A stretch of DNA of 63,745 bases, filler included, from Welwitschia mirabilis (lineage: Eukaryota): NCBI GenBank assembly GCA_051453625.1. It is 5 parts of one record of this genome, joined end to end, with 100 filler letters (N's around TTAATTAATTAA, not from the genome) between each part and the next. Parts side by side here need not be neighbours in the genome. Positions count along the whole stretch, not along the records: positions 1 to 18,858 come from JBOZIK010000001.1; positions 18,959 to 37,309 come from JBOZIK010000001.1; 3 more parts are not named here. One strand, 5' to 3'. A model generated the notes under the pieces. It ran no database searches and was not told the DNA's origin. It worked only from the letters and a program-made list of their open reading frames with translations. Below are positions 11,330 through 24,704 of this stretch, in pieces (within the stretch, counting starts at the first letter, position 1; each line of letters starts with the position of its first letter). A program made the position numbers and the translations under genes.

Positions 11330-13830
11330 TTATTTTGATGGTATAGATGAATAATTTTGCTAGCCAAAATGATATAATCATGAATGACTCTACTCGATAT
11401 AAAGCCATATTAAGAAGATAAAACCATATTTAGAAGGAGCATTTCAATCCTGTCAGCAATAATTTTAGAGCAAATCTTATTAAAAATGTTGTAAAGACTG
11501 ATTAACCAATACTAATGAGGACTTTTTGCATCTTCTAATTTGGGAATAAGCATGATGATAATATCATTAAAAGGTTTGTAAAAGGTGTTTTTATAAAAGT
11601 TTCCTAAACTGTAGCATAAACATCAAATTTGATGATGTCCCAAACAGTCTAGTAGAATTTTACAATAAGACCATCAATACCTAAAGCTCTATTTTTTTTA
11701 ATTAAGTTGATTTTATTTTTGATTTCATCCTTTGTGACTTTTTAGTTTAAATAACATAGTTGTTCTTCAAAAATGGGAGAATTAAATGGAATTTTTTTAA
11801 ATCCATTAGTTTTTCTGTAAAACAATTTTAAAAGTATTCAATAAAAAAGTTAGTAATTTGTCTCTTGGTTTTGTAGTGTATTATAGATGTACTTCACTAT
11901 ATGTGTTATCTTTTCTGTGTTTACTAGCTATCTAGAAAAGAAAAACTCATATTACATTCCCCTTTCTTTAGCCATTAAATTCTAGATCTCTATTTCCAAT
12001 AGATTTCTTCCTTTGAGGATAGGTCATGAATTTGTGAGATGAGATATTTTTCATAATCTGTATCTGAGCTAATGGCCTTATTAAGATTCTAGATAATAGT
12101 GAGATCTTCTAGTAATTAATTTTTAACATTCTTGAAAAAGTCATTTAGCTATCTCTTCTAGATGAAAATCTCAAGCCTTAACATTTTCAACTTTTAAAAC
12201 ATTTTGTAGGTAGAATTAACTTTTACCCAAGTATTCCAAATAAGCTTAACAAGATTAATGAAGTTTGGATATTTTAGTCAAGTGTGCTTAAATCTAAAAG
12301 AGATTTATTCTAAGGAGAATCCATATTTAGGACTAAAGGTCTATGATTAGAAAAGAATCTTTCTTTTGCTTTAAGAAAATAATGACCATTCAAATTGTTA
12401 ACTAGGAATCTATCAATTTTAGACATAATAAGATTTTCCCTTATCTAAGACTACTCTAAGTATATGTTGCACCATGCAAAGGAAGATCTTTATAACAATA
12501 TTCATTGACACACTCAGTAAAAATATCAACAGTAGAGAGGCTAGAAACATTATCAAGTTTCTCATGAGAAAGAAAGATCTAATTAAAAGCATCCACGATA
12601 CTATTTTGGGAATCCAACATAATGTGATGTAGGAATTATAATCTTTAGTATACATCTTTATGTCCATAGAAATTAGTGATTCTCCTTCTTTTATTATTAA
12701 AAATCTAATTAACTACAAAATGGTTGTTACTTTACTAATAGTAGTAATACTACCATGCTTCCAAAAGTTCATTACTTCTCCTTTTTTTACCATAATTCAA
12801 ACCAAAACAAAGGACCTAGAGGACTTTGTATAGAAAAGACTAATTTTTTTAAAATCTAATTTTGTTTTTTGAAGAAAAACATAAACACTGATAAATCCTT
12901 CCAAAATCTCCAAAGATAGAAGATTTTCTAGCCATTTCGAAGGTCTCTACAATTCTAGAAAATAATCATTGAAAGGAGAGTTGAGATTACTTACTATCTT
13001 AAATGTCCTCCTTCGTCTCCTTCTCAATTTTACCTTTGTAGGTCTTCATTTTGATTCTTCAGTCTTTCTGTTCAAGTTTTCTAGTTTTGCTTAATGTTGA
13101 TGCATCCAAAACATGATCTTTCATAGTATTACCATTTTCTATTTGATTCTAGCTCATTTCCACTTCTAATGGCTCTCGTATTTCCAAAGAGAATCCTAGA
13201 GCATTATAAATGTACTCTGTCTACTATATTTTCCATTCTTCTAATTTTCATTCATTTTTTTAATTTTCTTTTCCTCCATTTGTTTTAGTTCTTCCTTTGA
13301 CAGAATATCACATTTATTTACTTATGTGATTAGATCCTTGTTTGGGGCTAAAGCTAGTTTATTTTTGTGATCTTTTTTCTTAACTTCTTGTCAGTTATTT
13401 TTTTTTTTAATTTTTTATTTTTCTTGCATTTATCCATTATATGCCCATTTTCACAATACTTTGGACATTGCAATGGAATATTTTTGATATCTAGGTTAAA
13501 AACTAGTTCCCCCCAAATAGTATCCAATATTATTATTATTATTATTTGCTTTAAAGTTATCTATTTTCATGTAGACATGTATTCTAGATATTGTCATTTT
13601 TTACATTAAAACTGTATTCCTGTAAAGATCATTAAACTTCTCCAACATAATCTTTGATGCCATATTTCCAAATGTGGGTTTGATATATAAATCCATACTA
13701 ATATATTTTCAAAATTAGTGGGTTTTTTAAGAATGAAAGGGGATCATTTGATTAGACATCCCTATAACTAAAGAAATAAGGTCCTCCTCCTAAGACCTTG
13801 TTCATATCTTCTTCAGAATAAAAAACAAAA
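11330..13830 (-). mobile_element. Degraded L1-type LINE (ORF1 zinc knuckle, APE endonuclease, N-terminal RT)
   Basis: Minus strand: ORF1 knuckle PLQCPKYCENGHIMDKC (~13430-13480); endonuclease MSKIDRFLVN and SNHRPL (~12330-12425); FRFKHT(W); RT ALGIDGL..FY*TVWDI and LIPK..LISLYNIFNKICSKIIADRI..GFISSRVIHDYIILASKIIH (~11350-11690). Confidence 0.85.
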
Positions 13831-13846
13831 TGTCAGAACCTGATAG

Positions 13847-15119
13847 TAGAGGATCAACCCTAGAGGGGGTGAACAGGTCTTTTAAGTTCTGTTTCCTTGT
13901 TATTCATGACCTGCAAAAACAACGAATATAAAGAAATACTAAAACAAAGTATTTAATGGTGGATAGACACCATCTTTCAACTTTGTAGACTCCTTATCCT
14001 AGCTAGCATATATTTGCTTACAAGAATGGTTTTCAGGCTTACCAAATAACCTTTCACAACCAATGAGGATTTTAGGGCTTATCCTCAATCATGAAAAAAT
14101 GATATAAAGGAAGGATGCTCTAAAGCATAGATGTCTCCTTTAAGGTACACCAATCTTCTTCTCAAGAAAGTACCAAGATGCAAATAGAACAAAAATCTAA
14201 ACTTGAAGATTGTTCAGATGTGCTAGAAGAGAGTATGACAGTTTGTATTCAATCTTAGATTTAACAAATTAGCCAAAATTATTTCTCTATTGAATAGAGG
14301 AGAGCTTTTATACTAAAGAAATAATATGTAACTATTTCCATAGGAAGAAGTGAACTTTTGCACCTTTTTAAGGGACAGTTGTACTTTTTCTAATGAACTA
14401 TTGTATTCATAATGGTTATATTTCTTCATCATATAATCGATTTTATGTAATACTTTAGTCACTTGCATCTACAGTCACCCTTATTCTAATGTTCAGTTAC
14501 CCTTAATTGTTGCATATTTCATAGTATAGAACAGGTGCAAATTAAGTTACCCTTATTAAAATACTTGGTCATCCTTAAGTAGGTCACCTTGGCCATTTTT
14601 ACCTGATTGACCTTATGAGGGAAGATTCAATGTTGAATGTGGTCACCCGATCTCTTTACATGTAGTTAACCTAAAGTTACCAGATTCATGTTCTACTGAT
14701 TGTTGTGCAGTTGCCTGTCAATCAATTGTATGTCACCTATACTACTATCAGATAGATTCTTATTGTGTGACATGTGGTCACCCTTAGGCATCTAGTCAGT
14801 TACCCATGCTGCTATCAGGTTGGATTTCACTAAGTAATGCATTTGCCCATAAGATAGTTGTCGGTCGCCCATTCTATTATCTGATTAAATCTACCTAAGT
14901 AAAATGCGATCGCCCGTGTATGAATGGTAGTCATTGTGTATGAACCGATCTTTTTATGTTATATTAGTTTGGTCACACAATATTTAATATGTAGTCACCC
15001 AATTTTGAAGCAGTTTTATAAGTCTTAATAAGTCGGTCACCTGATCTTATGCATCGGTGGCCCGGTGCTGGGAATTACCTACATAAAAGACTAACTTACA
15101 AAAACTCATTAAATTAATC
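13847..15119 (-). repeat. Sirevirus-type LTR copy 1 (GTCACCC/GTCGCCC repeated motifs)
   Basis: 14280-15119 aligns by eye with 15240-16066 at roughly 80-85% identity. It carries the LTR-terminal AGAGGGGGTGAA motif. Confidence 0.75.
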
Positions 15120-18100
15120 NNNNNNNNNNNNNNNNNNNNNNNNNNNNNNNNNNNNNNNNNNNNNNNNNNNNNNNNNNNNNNNNNNNNNNNNNNNNNNNNN
15201 NNNNNNNNNNNNNNNNNNNATTTTACAAGTCAGTATCTATTTCTCTATTAAATAGAGGAAGCTTTTATACTGAAGATATACTAAGTGACCGTTTCCATAG
15301 GAAGAAGTGAACTACTGCGCTTTTTAAGGAACTGTTGTGCTTTTCCTAATGAACTGTTGTATTCATAATAATTACATTTCTTCCTCGTACGGTCGATCTT
15401 ACATGAGACTTGGCCGCTCGCTTATGCGGTCACCTTTATTCTTATAATTCAATCACCCTTGCTTGTCACAGATTCTCATTGTAGAACAGGTGCAAATTTG
15501 GTCATCCTCATGAAAAAAATCGGTCGCCCTTAACTAGGTCACCCTGACCATTTTTACTTGGTTGACCTTCTGAGAGGAGATTCTGGGTAGAATGAAGTCG
15601 CCCAATACCTTTTTATTCAGTAGACCTAAAATCACCAAATTCATATTCTACTGATTGTCATGTAGTCGCCTGTCATATTCTTGTCAGTCACCCGCACTAC
15701 TATGAGATAGATTCGTACTGCGTCTAATGCGGTCTCTCATATAAATACTGTTAGTCGCCCTTCCTGCTATCAGATTTGATCTTACTGCATGTGCTAAGAT
15801 CACCCGTAGGAATGTTATCGATTGCCCATCCTGGATCTAACTAAGTGAAATGCAGTCACCTGTGTACTGATGGCAGTCGCCTATGTTTGAACCAACCTTC
15901 TTTATGTTATCTCTGTTCGGTCGCCCGATGTGTCATGTGCGGTCGCCCGATTATGAAGCAGTGTTACAGTTCTTCATCAGTTGATACCTAATCTTATACG
16001 TGGGTCGCCTGGTGCTAGGAATTACCTGCACAAAAGAGTAACTTACAAAAACTCGTTAAATTAATCAATGATAATGGATTCTCAAAAAACTCCCCCTTTG
16101 TTATTGATTGAGGAAAAATAATAATTTGACATCAGGGTTCTCCTCCTAACTCATTTAACTTTGAAAATGATTAAATTTAAATGAGTTTTGTATTAGAAAA
16201 AATAAAAAGAAATTTGCACAAAATTAATCTTCTTTGTATTACTCAAAAATTTCATTACATGTTGAAAGTTACATTTTCGTCAATTTGCAATACAAAGATG
16301 TTACAAATTGTACTCCACCTTTTTGAAAAAATCAAGGACAGTGAGGATATAAAAATACTAGATAGAAATAAACAAAATAACTCAATCGGACTCAAAGGAT
16401 TAAGAAGACTGAGCACCCTCACTTTGAAAGGTGTCAGCAACTAGAGTACCACTTATAATCAGGGCNNNNNNNNNNNNNNNNNNNNNNNNNNNNNNNNNNN
16501 NNNNNNNNNNNNNNNNNNNNNNNNNNNNNNNNNNNNNNNNNNNNNNNNNNNNNNNNNNNNNCTGGATCTCCTACCTAATGAGATGAGGAATGTCGAAGTG
16601 ATGACAAATCTGAGTAATAAGGAAAGGATAAGGTAGGGAACACCTTTTGTGCGGTTGAAGCTAGTTGGCCATGTGCTTGAGCATTATGCCAGGAGCATCT
16701 ATGTCTCTTCTTCAGTCCAGTGCATAAAGAAGAAAGAGCCAATATTTTAAGAGCTTATCTCTATGCCAAGCAACTAGAAGGAAGTTGTAAGACATAATTA
16801 AGTGTAGAAGAAAAAATCTTGAAAGAGGTTGAGAAGCTTTAAGGGTCTTTTTTGAGTGATATATGTGCCACACACATGCTGAGTGGCTACATCCTTCTCT
16901 TCAAACAAATCAGCCATGGGTTAGTACTCACCCAGTTTCCTCTTAGAAGGCCAGTGAGCAAAGCTATAAGATCTGTAGTAATGAACATTTCTTAGCCAAA
17001 GACTAAAGTAATGAAGGTAGACTGAGAGGCAACATATCTAGCATTTGAGTAGAACAACTTGGTGACTAGAGGGTAATAAGTGTCAGAAACATGAAGAAAA
17101 TAACCCCAGTTAACTTCTTATAGAAGGGTCTGGACCTCCCTCAGGCTGCGAAATTGCATTGGTTCATAGGTTTTCTCTAAAGCAATGGGACTGGTCTCGA
17201 AATGATTCTCAAAATATCTCAGCTGCTAAGTGCTCATCCTGGAGAACACATAACATAAAGGTTTGAAAGTAGCTTCCTTTCTTCTTTTCCTAGATCCTTC
17301 TCTAGCTAAGAAGAAACCATTTTAAGCCCGGATATGAGAGAAAGCACATGAGAAAAGTTAAAGAGGATCCCCTAGAAGCTTAGAAAATGACAGAAGATGT
17401 GCCAAAATAGATAAGAAAAGATAAAGGGTGGGCAGATTTTAAAAATCCATAGTAGTTGATCCATGTAAAATTTTAAAAACCTAATAGTAAGGCGGCGGTC
17501 AACCCAACAAATTTAGCAGTCGATCCTGTGAGATGAAAATTTTACAGTCAAAATCTGAATAAAACTCAGTCGACCTAGATGAAAGATGAGGTCGACCTGA
17601 TGTGACTGAGAACATTGCGTAAAAGAGATTTAACAAAACTTAATTGTTCAGTCAAACCAGTTTCTCTNNNNNNNNNNNNNNNNNNNNNNNNNNNNNNNNN
17701 NNNNNNNNNNNNNNNNNNNNNNNNNNNNNNNNNNNNNNNNNNNNNNNNNNNNNNNNNNNNNNNNNNNNNNNNNNNNNNNNNNNNNNNNNNNNNNNNNNNN
17801 NNNNNNNNNNNNNNNNNNNNNNNNNNNNNNNNNNNNNNNNNNNNNNNNNNNNNNNNNNNNNNNNNNNNNNNNNNNNNNNNNNNNNNNNNNNNNNNNNNNN
17901 NNNNNNNNNNNNNNNNNNNNNNNNNNNNNNNNNNNNNNNNNNNNNNNNNNNNNNNNNNNNNNNNNNNNAAGAGATTAACTAAAATTAATTGTTTGGTCAA
18001 CCCAGTCTCTATAGGATTTTACAGGAAAACTGGGACTAAACTGGTTGACCCAATTGAACGTATGGTCGACCCAGTAAAAGGAAAATTTAATAGTGTAAAA

Positions 18101-18858
18101 TCTGAGAGAAGAGTGGTTGTCCTACTTAGGAAAGAGGTCAATCAAGTTTTAAATATATATGAAAAGAAAATATTTAAACCCTCCTCACTGAATTTTATTA
18201 TTCAGATGAGGGTGGGTGAGGCAAGTCCTTTTTGGACTTGATGCCTAAAAAATAGTGAAGGGTTAAAAAACCATCTGAAGATAAAGGTTTGTAAAAATAT
18301 TAGCCAATTAATATTTTGTACATATATGCTCTAAAAATATTATTCTCTTTTCTACTAAGCCACAAATAAAATGGTACATTATATTAATGTGCTTGATCCA
18401 AGTGTGTTGGACTAGATTATAAGCTATTTGAATTGCACTTGAGTTATCACAAAGGATTGGTACTTCCGTGATATTCAGCCCATAGTCCTTCAAGGTCTCT
18501 TTCATCCATAAGGTCTAAGTGCAACATGCTCTAGCAGCTATGTACTCAGCTTTAGCGGTAGAAGGAGAGATAGAGCATTATTTCTTGCTATACCAAGCTA
18601 TGAAACAATTGCAAAGAAAAAACATCCACCACTTATGCTCTTGTAATCATCTTTGCATTCAGCTCAATCTCCATCGCTATATCCTGTTAAGCTTAAAGAA
18701 GTATCATTTGAAAATCATAAGCCAAAATCTAGAGTACCTTTCACATAACGAAGTGTTCTCTTTACAGCTGTAAGATGTGATTCCTTAGGTTTGCTTTGAT
18801 ACCTAGCACACAAACTAACAATAAAGGATATATTGGGGTGACTGCCTGTTAGATATAC
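13847..18858 (-). mobile_element. 3' half of a Sirevirus (SIRE/Maximus) Ty1/copia element: RT/RNase H, ENV-like ORF, PPT, 3' LTR
   Basis: RNase H KETLKDYG..PILCDNSSAIQIAYNLVQHTWIKHINI (18308-18505). ENV-like remnant with YYPLVTKLFYSNA (~17040-17090). PPT AAAGGGGGAG (16090-16099, minus strand). LTR ends at 16084, and the C-rich terminal motif AGAGGGGGTGAA is at ~13862. Truncated by an assembly linker at 18859. Confidence 0.8.
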
Positions 18859-18902
18859 NNNNNNNNNNNNNNNNNNNNNNNNNNNNNNNNNNNNNNNNNN
18901 NN

Positions 18903-18914
18903 TTAATTAATTAA
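18903..18914. other. Artificial scaffold linker N44-TTAATTAATTAA-N44 (also 37354-37365, 40286-40297, 61723-61734)
   Basis: An identical six-frame-stop 12-mer is centred in a 100-bp N block four times. Confidence 0.95.
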
Positions 18915-19719
18915 NNNNNNNNNNNNNNNNNNNNNNNNNNNNNNNNNNNNNNNNNNNNTTTTACCCAGAGCTCTCTGTAAAATCTGAAAACTGAAACTTT
19001 CTACTTGCTATTTTCTGCCTATAATTTATGAGACATTTTTATAAAATAAATTTTAAAAATTATTCTATCCCTATACAAATTTCTGTTTTAAAACTTTTAC
19101 CTTCCTAACATTATTATAGACCTACATGAAATATTTTATAAAATTTTAATTAATATTAAATGAGTTATGACTTTCCTAAATTACTTGACATAAAAAGAGA
19201 CTAAACTGTAAACTNNNNNNNNNNNNNNNNNNNNNNNNNNNNNNNNNNNNNNNNNNNNNNNNNNNNNNNNNNNNNNNNNNNNNNNNNNNNNNNNNNNNNN
19301 NNNNNNNNNNNNNNCACTTTTACTAATTAATTTTAGTTTCTTTTAAAACTTGAATAAGACACATGAATAAATGATTAAAATAAATATGTCAGATGCCCCT
19401 TTTTTTGTAGACATTATTTAACTATTTAATCATGAAAATAATCTTGCCTAATCATAATAAGTTTATTTACATTAAAATTCTTATAATTATTATTACAACT
19501 TAGAATAATAAATTACCCAAAACTAAGATTAAATAATTTACTAATCTTATGAATATCTATAATGTCCGATGTATAATACTTTACTGATTATAGGGTTACA
19601 TATAAATTCCCTCTAAGAAAAAAAAAAGGGTTTTCATTAGAATTGATATTAAAAATGTTTTACATAGTTTAGATACTATATTAATTAAAGCTTACAAAAT
19701 GTGGGTTATAACATAATGT

Positions 19720-20533
19720 CAAAGGTAGATCACCTCTTGTCAGCAATGTGGAAGCCAAGATACAACAATGTCAATGCACAACTTAATCTTTTAGATCCAA
19801 AATGATTTAGCTAAGTGATAATAGTTCCAAAAGCTCTTTTGGTCATCTATAGATTAGCTATTTATAATGAAAAGCTATTAGGATTTATTACATTTTAATT
19901 GTGCCTTTAACGGCTATAAATGACTAGAAAAGGCTATCTAACAGCTAGATAATGGATACATAACATTTAGAAAAATTTCTTTTTCATGCCATCCAATTGG
20001 TCCCATAAAAATCCAGTCAACCCCATGTGGTGTCATGAATTACATAGGTCACCCAAGAGAAAGATTCAGTCACCTCAGGTATTTATGTCTCTATATCTAA
20101 TTGACCCCTTCTGGGTTTGGTCGACCCTAGTCTAGTAGACCCCATCCTGGGTTTAGTGAATCCCTTGACTCTTGGTCTAGAAGTACTGTTTGTTAGTTCC
20201 TCAAATTCGGTCGACCTCATGAAAATATAGTTAACTCCTTTCCATTTAGTTCAAGGACTCTGGCTCTTCAAGTTACAGGTCCAGCCGATCCCATCAGAAT
20301 CTGATTGACCCCTCTAGAAGTAGTTCATTTTCCTTTGATAGCTTTAGGTGCGGTCGACCCCTTTAGGATTTGGTCGACCCTTCTAGAGGGTGAAAAAATA
20401 TATATATTCTTAGTGGATATTTTTATTTCATCTTTTAATCTGCAAAAACCTTAATATCTTCTGCACAAAATATACAACATTGGCTATATAAAAGATATTA
20501 GTTTGACATCAATTGGTAAGACATAATCCAACA
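19720..20533 (-). repeat. Sirevirus LTR (partial or solo), same family as 40431-41239 and 63508+
   Basis: Shares GCTATTTATAATGAA..ATAATGGATACATAAC, GGTCGACCC motifs and the terminus TTAGTTTGACAT.AATTGG..AACA with 40431-41239. Confidence 0.8.
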
Positions 20534-23339
20534 ATAATATCCTCTAAATGAAGTGAGGTAGGGTATTTATAAGCTAAATTTAGAGTTTACAATTAGGAAT
20601 TCAAAGGTCTAATAAGGTTGTTCTTTGAAATGCCCAAAGTGTATAGGGTAGTCCTTAAGTCATGGGGTTAATTTTCAGGGATTATGTTAGAAATATTTCT
20701 CATTTATCTTCTACTTGTGGAAATGATTAGAATGGATTAATTGTATCAAGAAAACTCAAAAACATAAGTATGAATTCATTATGATCATAATTACTAATAC
20801 TACTGGTTCTAGAACCAATGTTATTACCAATATTACTTTACACACCACCAACTTTTGTCATAATGCTTTAAATGATGCAAATATCCTATAAAATGATAGT
20901 ATTAAGAAATATTATTAGTAAAACTAAATTTGCATGGCCTTAATCATAATAAATACATAAAATCCTCATGATGATTAATTAAGCACACTAATAAGGCCTA
21001 GGTTCCTTGAGGTAAATATTAATTTTTTCATTTTATTATAGTCCTTAATCATTCTTTTTATAGTTCCTCAACAAAAAAGATGTATCAAATATTAGGTAAG
21101 ATAAAAAAAATTACAAATCAAATCAATAAATTCTAAAAAAGATAAAGGAATATAAAAAAAAGAGCTAATGTAATTTAAAATTATACTTAAGTAAAAGAAT
21201 AAAACATGAAATATAGGTACTTAAATTAAAATGTCATTCTTTTCAACCAAAGCTAAACTTTATCATTAAAGTTTGAAAGATGGAAAATTGAATTTAATCA
21301 CAATGAAAAATGAATGATGCATGAGCTAATGTAGTTTAGAATGAACTAGCAATAAAAATTACTAAAAATTAAAATATGTAATACATGAATTAATCAAAAA
21401 ATATGAAATATAAACTAATGCAAATAAAAGATTAAAAATCAACATGAATCTTTAATTTTAATGACTTAAATCTTTGAATCTAAAATATAAATTAAATTAA
21501 TAATTAAAAATATGACTGAAGAAGAATGAAGAATAAAAAATGAATGTGATGATTATTGGTAGGCAAACCATGTTTTCAAATTGATATTTCTTTTAAAAGA
21601 ATCTTTTATCTTTAGTAACTTTAAATATGTAATAAAAATCACATGAAATGAACTAGTATGTGGGAGTTAATCATAAATGTCATAATCTAAAGATAAATGT
21701 CAAAGAGAAAGTAAGAAGATTACTTTAAAGAAAAGACTTTAAATAAATTCATATTCTTAGTTAAAATGTAATGCAATGGATGAATGTAAAGTGCAGAGAT
21801 GAATGTAATCCTAAATGCAATTTCTAATTAGGTATACCAATTTGTTATCACCTAAATTAACCCTCATAATGTGTATCAATTGCTAATAACTATCACTTAA
21901 AGGTAATCAACCTAAGCTATAAGAAAGATCATATGAAAGAATATTAAAAAGAATAATTCAATAAATATTTCATTAATAGAATTGTTTACATCAAATTATA
22001 AAGTAAGAACTTATTAATGAAAGAGACATAGCCTAATACCAAGTGAAACCATTCTCTGTAATAGTTATAACATAAGAACTTCTCAATGAATGAGACACAA
22101 CCCAACACTAAGAAACACCCTTCTCTATAACTAGGATAAATACTTTGCTTAATTTCTCTCCAATTTATTAGAAGAATAATTGATGCGACCAAGATGAGTA
22201 AGTGGGGGATTTAAGGACGACATAGATAGTATTTGGAATCATTATTAATATTGGTGAAGATTCATAATAGAATAAAATCTATCATAACAATGATTACATA
22301 ATTGGTGGAGTTCATTTTGTATTTCTCATGTTTGTCATCTATTTGAATATCATCTAGATGACCAAGTGAATGACTATTAATCTTTTATCTTCTCATCGCT
22401 TCTTATTTCTACATGCCTTCTTGGTGATAGTTGATTTTTTATTTTTTAATATTGTCTTGGATGTCATCCAAATGGCCAAGTAGATAACTAATAGTAGTGA
22501 AATTTGTAAGTTTTGTTTCTTTGGATCCTATTAGTTGTTATGAGTATCATCTGAATTACCAAGTGGATGACTATTAGTTAATTGTCATCTAGAAAATTAG
22601 ATGGATGATAGTTGTTCTTTATTCTTTTCTACTTAGTATATCATGATTGACTTCTAAAATGTGATATAGATGCTCTAATGGCTATCTTCCCTGAGTGTCA
22701 TCTAGATGACATAATGGATGATAGTGTTTCTTTATATTCTAATCTCCTAAACATCATCCATAATTTTGCACTAAGGCCATGATATCTTAGAAAAGTTAAG
22801 AAGTGTAAACTGTATCAAAAAAGGTTTAGTATCTCTAAATTTGGAGTTTTATGATATCATCTTAATTAAGCCTCAGGTTCTTTCTATTTCACTAGAAACT
22901 TACTAAAAATACATGAAACATACCATAAACATACTCTTAACTATTACCAATTGGACTTACAACATAGCCACCACTAAGAATTATGAGTTCCTGATAAAGA
23001 AAGAAAAACAAAATAGAAGAAAGCTAAAGTGGCAAGGATAATTAATTATTGAAATGCAAAGAATGAAAGTTAGAGGTCTTACCATTTAATATAATGGTTC
23101 TTTATGAAAATTTAAAAAAAATGATGTGTTTTCTCATCCATCATCTAGACGACATAGAGGATGGTAATCTCAAAAACTAAATTTTATGATTTCTTGATCT
23201 TTTTTGCTTGAAAATTGATTAATACCTACATGAATGTCTAAAATATACAATTTCATGCAAAAATTACATTAGTTATCCACTTAAATATTTATCAAATTAA
23301 TAATATAAAACATAATTACATGAGATAAAGAAATTAATG

Positions 23340-23341
<2 letters not shown>

Positions 23342-23400
<59 letters not shown>
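23342..23400. repeat. (AC)~29 microsatellite
   Basis: Directly visible perfect dinucleotide run. Confidence 0.98.
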
Positions 23401-23403
<3 letters not shown>

Positions 23404-24454
23404 GTATGAGTATAATAAAAAAGCTAGGACTACATTAGTCACCTTGATTAGCTATTGTAAGTTCTACTCTAGCACTCAGAGCAAGCGAAGATGGAGGGTA
23501 TTCTTCCTCTAGTGGGAATTATGTACCAATGATAGTCTAAACTAAGTGTATAACCTTCTTGTCTAGACCTACAAAGCCTCTAGAAGATCTGTAGTAATAT
23601 CGTACTTGATTTATCTAACTCAACTCCCTAAAGATAACATCTGCCCTCTTATATATATCATCTGATGCTCCATGAATGTCATCCTATATCAAAGCTCTAC
23701 AAAGTTCTGATCAATCATCTTATGCATCTCCTATATTATACTTATAAGTAGAGCCTATATCTGATCAAGGGTAAATGCTCCTAGGATAACTTTAGAAACC
23801 TACTTTTGCTATTACTTAGGCTCCTTGGGAATCTAAATATCCATGTCCTATATGTAGCAGGAAGAAGTCTATAAGTGGGGAATCTACTACTCACCTACAT
23901 GCTCTAGAATGTCAAAACATCTAAAGATGGTAGTAAACAAGCATAATAAGTTAAGTGTCTAAATGTGTTAGACCTCTAACATAGCTTTTAATCTTTAGAG
24001 GTAAAGTCCATCTACTCTGTTTGATGAAAACATTGTAAGAATGATAGGATTTTAAGGCATTTATTTTAATAAACACCTTAAATATTTTTGTTTTTTAAGC
24101 CATTCAAGAAAAAAAGGCCATAATATCCTACTTAAAAAACATAAAAACAATTACAGTTTTGCCTTCTTGCCTCTTAACACTATTTTGTTTAAGCCCTCAA
24201 TCCCTCCATTGCTATTCCAGTTACATTTTTGTGACGTTGTTCTTTACCTAACTCTACCTTTTACCATCTTTTTGTTTAAGGCCTTGAGCCCTTCTTGAGT
24301 CCAAATCCTAACTTATATCTTTTCCCTTTTTATAAGTTACCCATTTATTATGAAATATCTATTCCATTTTGTAAACCTTTAAGAGATTTTTTATTGTAAC
24401 ATGGAATTCCTTTATCAAATTATATTTAGTATTCATTGTCCATGTACCATTTTC

Positions 24455-24704
24455 ATGGTATCAAAGAATCCCTTTATTGATCTTAAACGAAATTTGTTGG
24501 CTTTGTGTCTTAGAATTTTTGTAAGTAAAAATGCATTAAGATGGTCATTCATTAGAAAGATTTATGATATTATCAGTGTTCAGCTACTTTTTACTATTAT
24601 ACTCACAAGTGTTATCATTCTGATCCCTTTCATGCCTAAATTTTTTATTATGATGGGAGTAGGATTTTCTCTTTACATTTTTCAATTGATTTTTCCTTTC
24701 ATAT
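24455..24704 (+). pseudogene. LFG: Captured exon 1 of a Lifeguard/BI1-like (TMBIM, Bax inhibitor-1 family) gene
   Basis: MVSKNPFIDLKRNLLALCLRIFVSKNALRWSFIRKIYDIISVQLLFT..FSLYIFQLIFPFI is followed by a GTAAGT donor at 24705. It matches recalled plant LFG (DLE..LYPG.S..EN.LRWGFIRKVY.I...QLL.T). LCLRIF differs from LYPGIS only by transitions. Confidence 0.85.

Noticed and set aside
18859-18958. Recurrent TTAATTAATTAA palindrome (four copies) as a biological motif
   Set aside because: It is always centred within N runs of 44+12+44 bp, so it is an artificial six-frame-stop contig linker.
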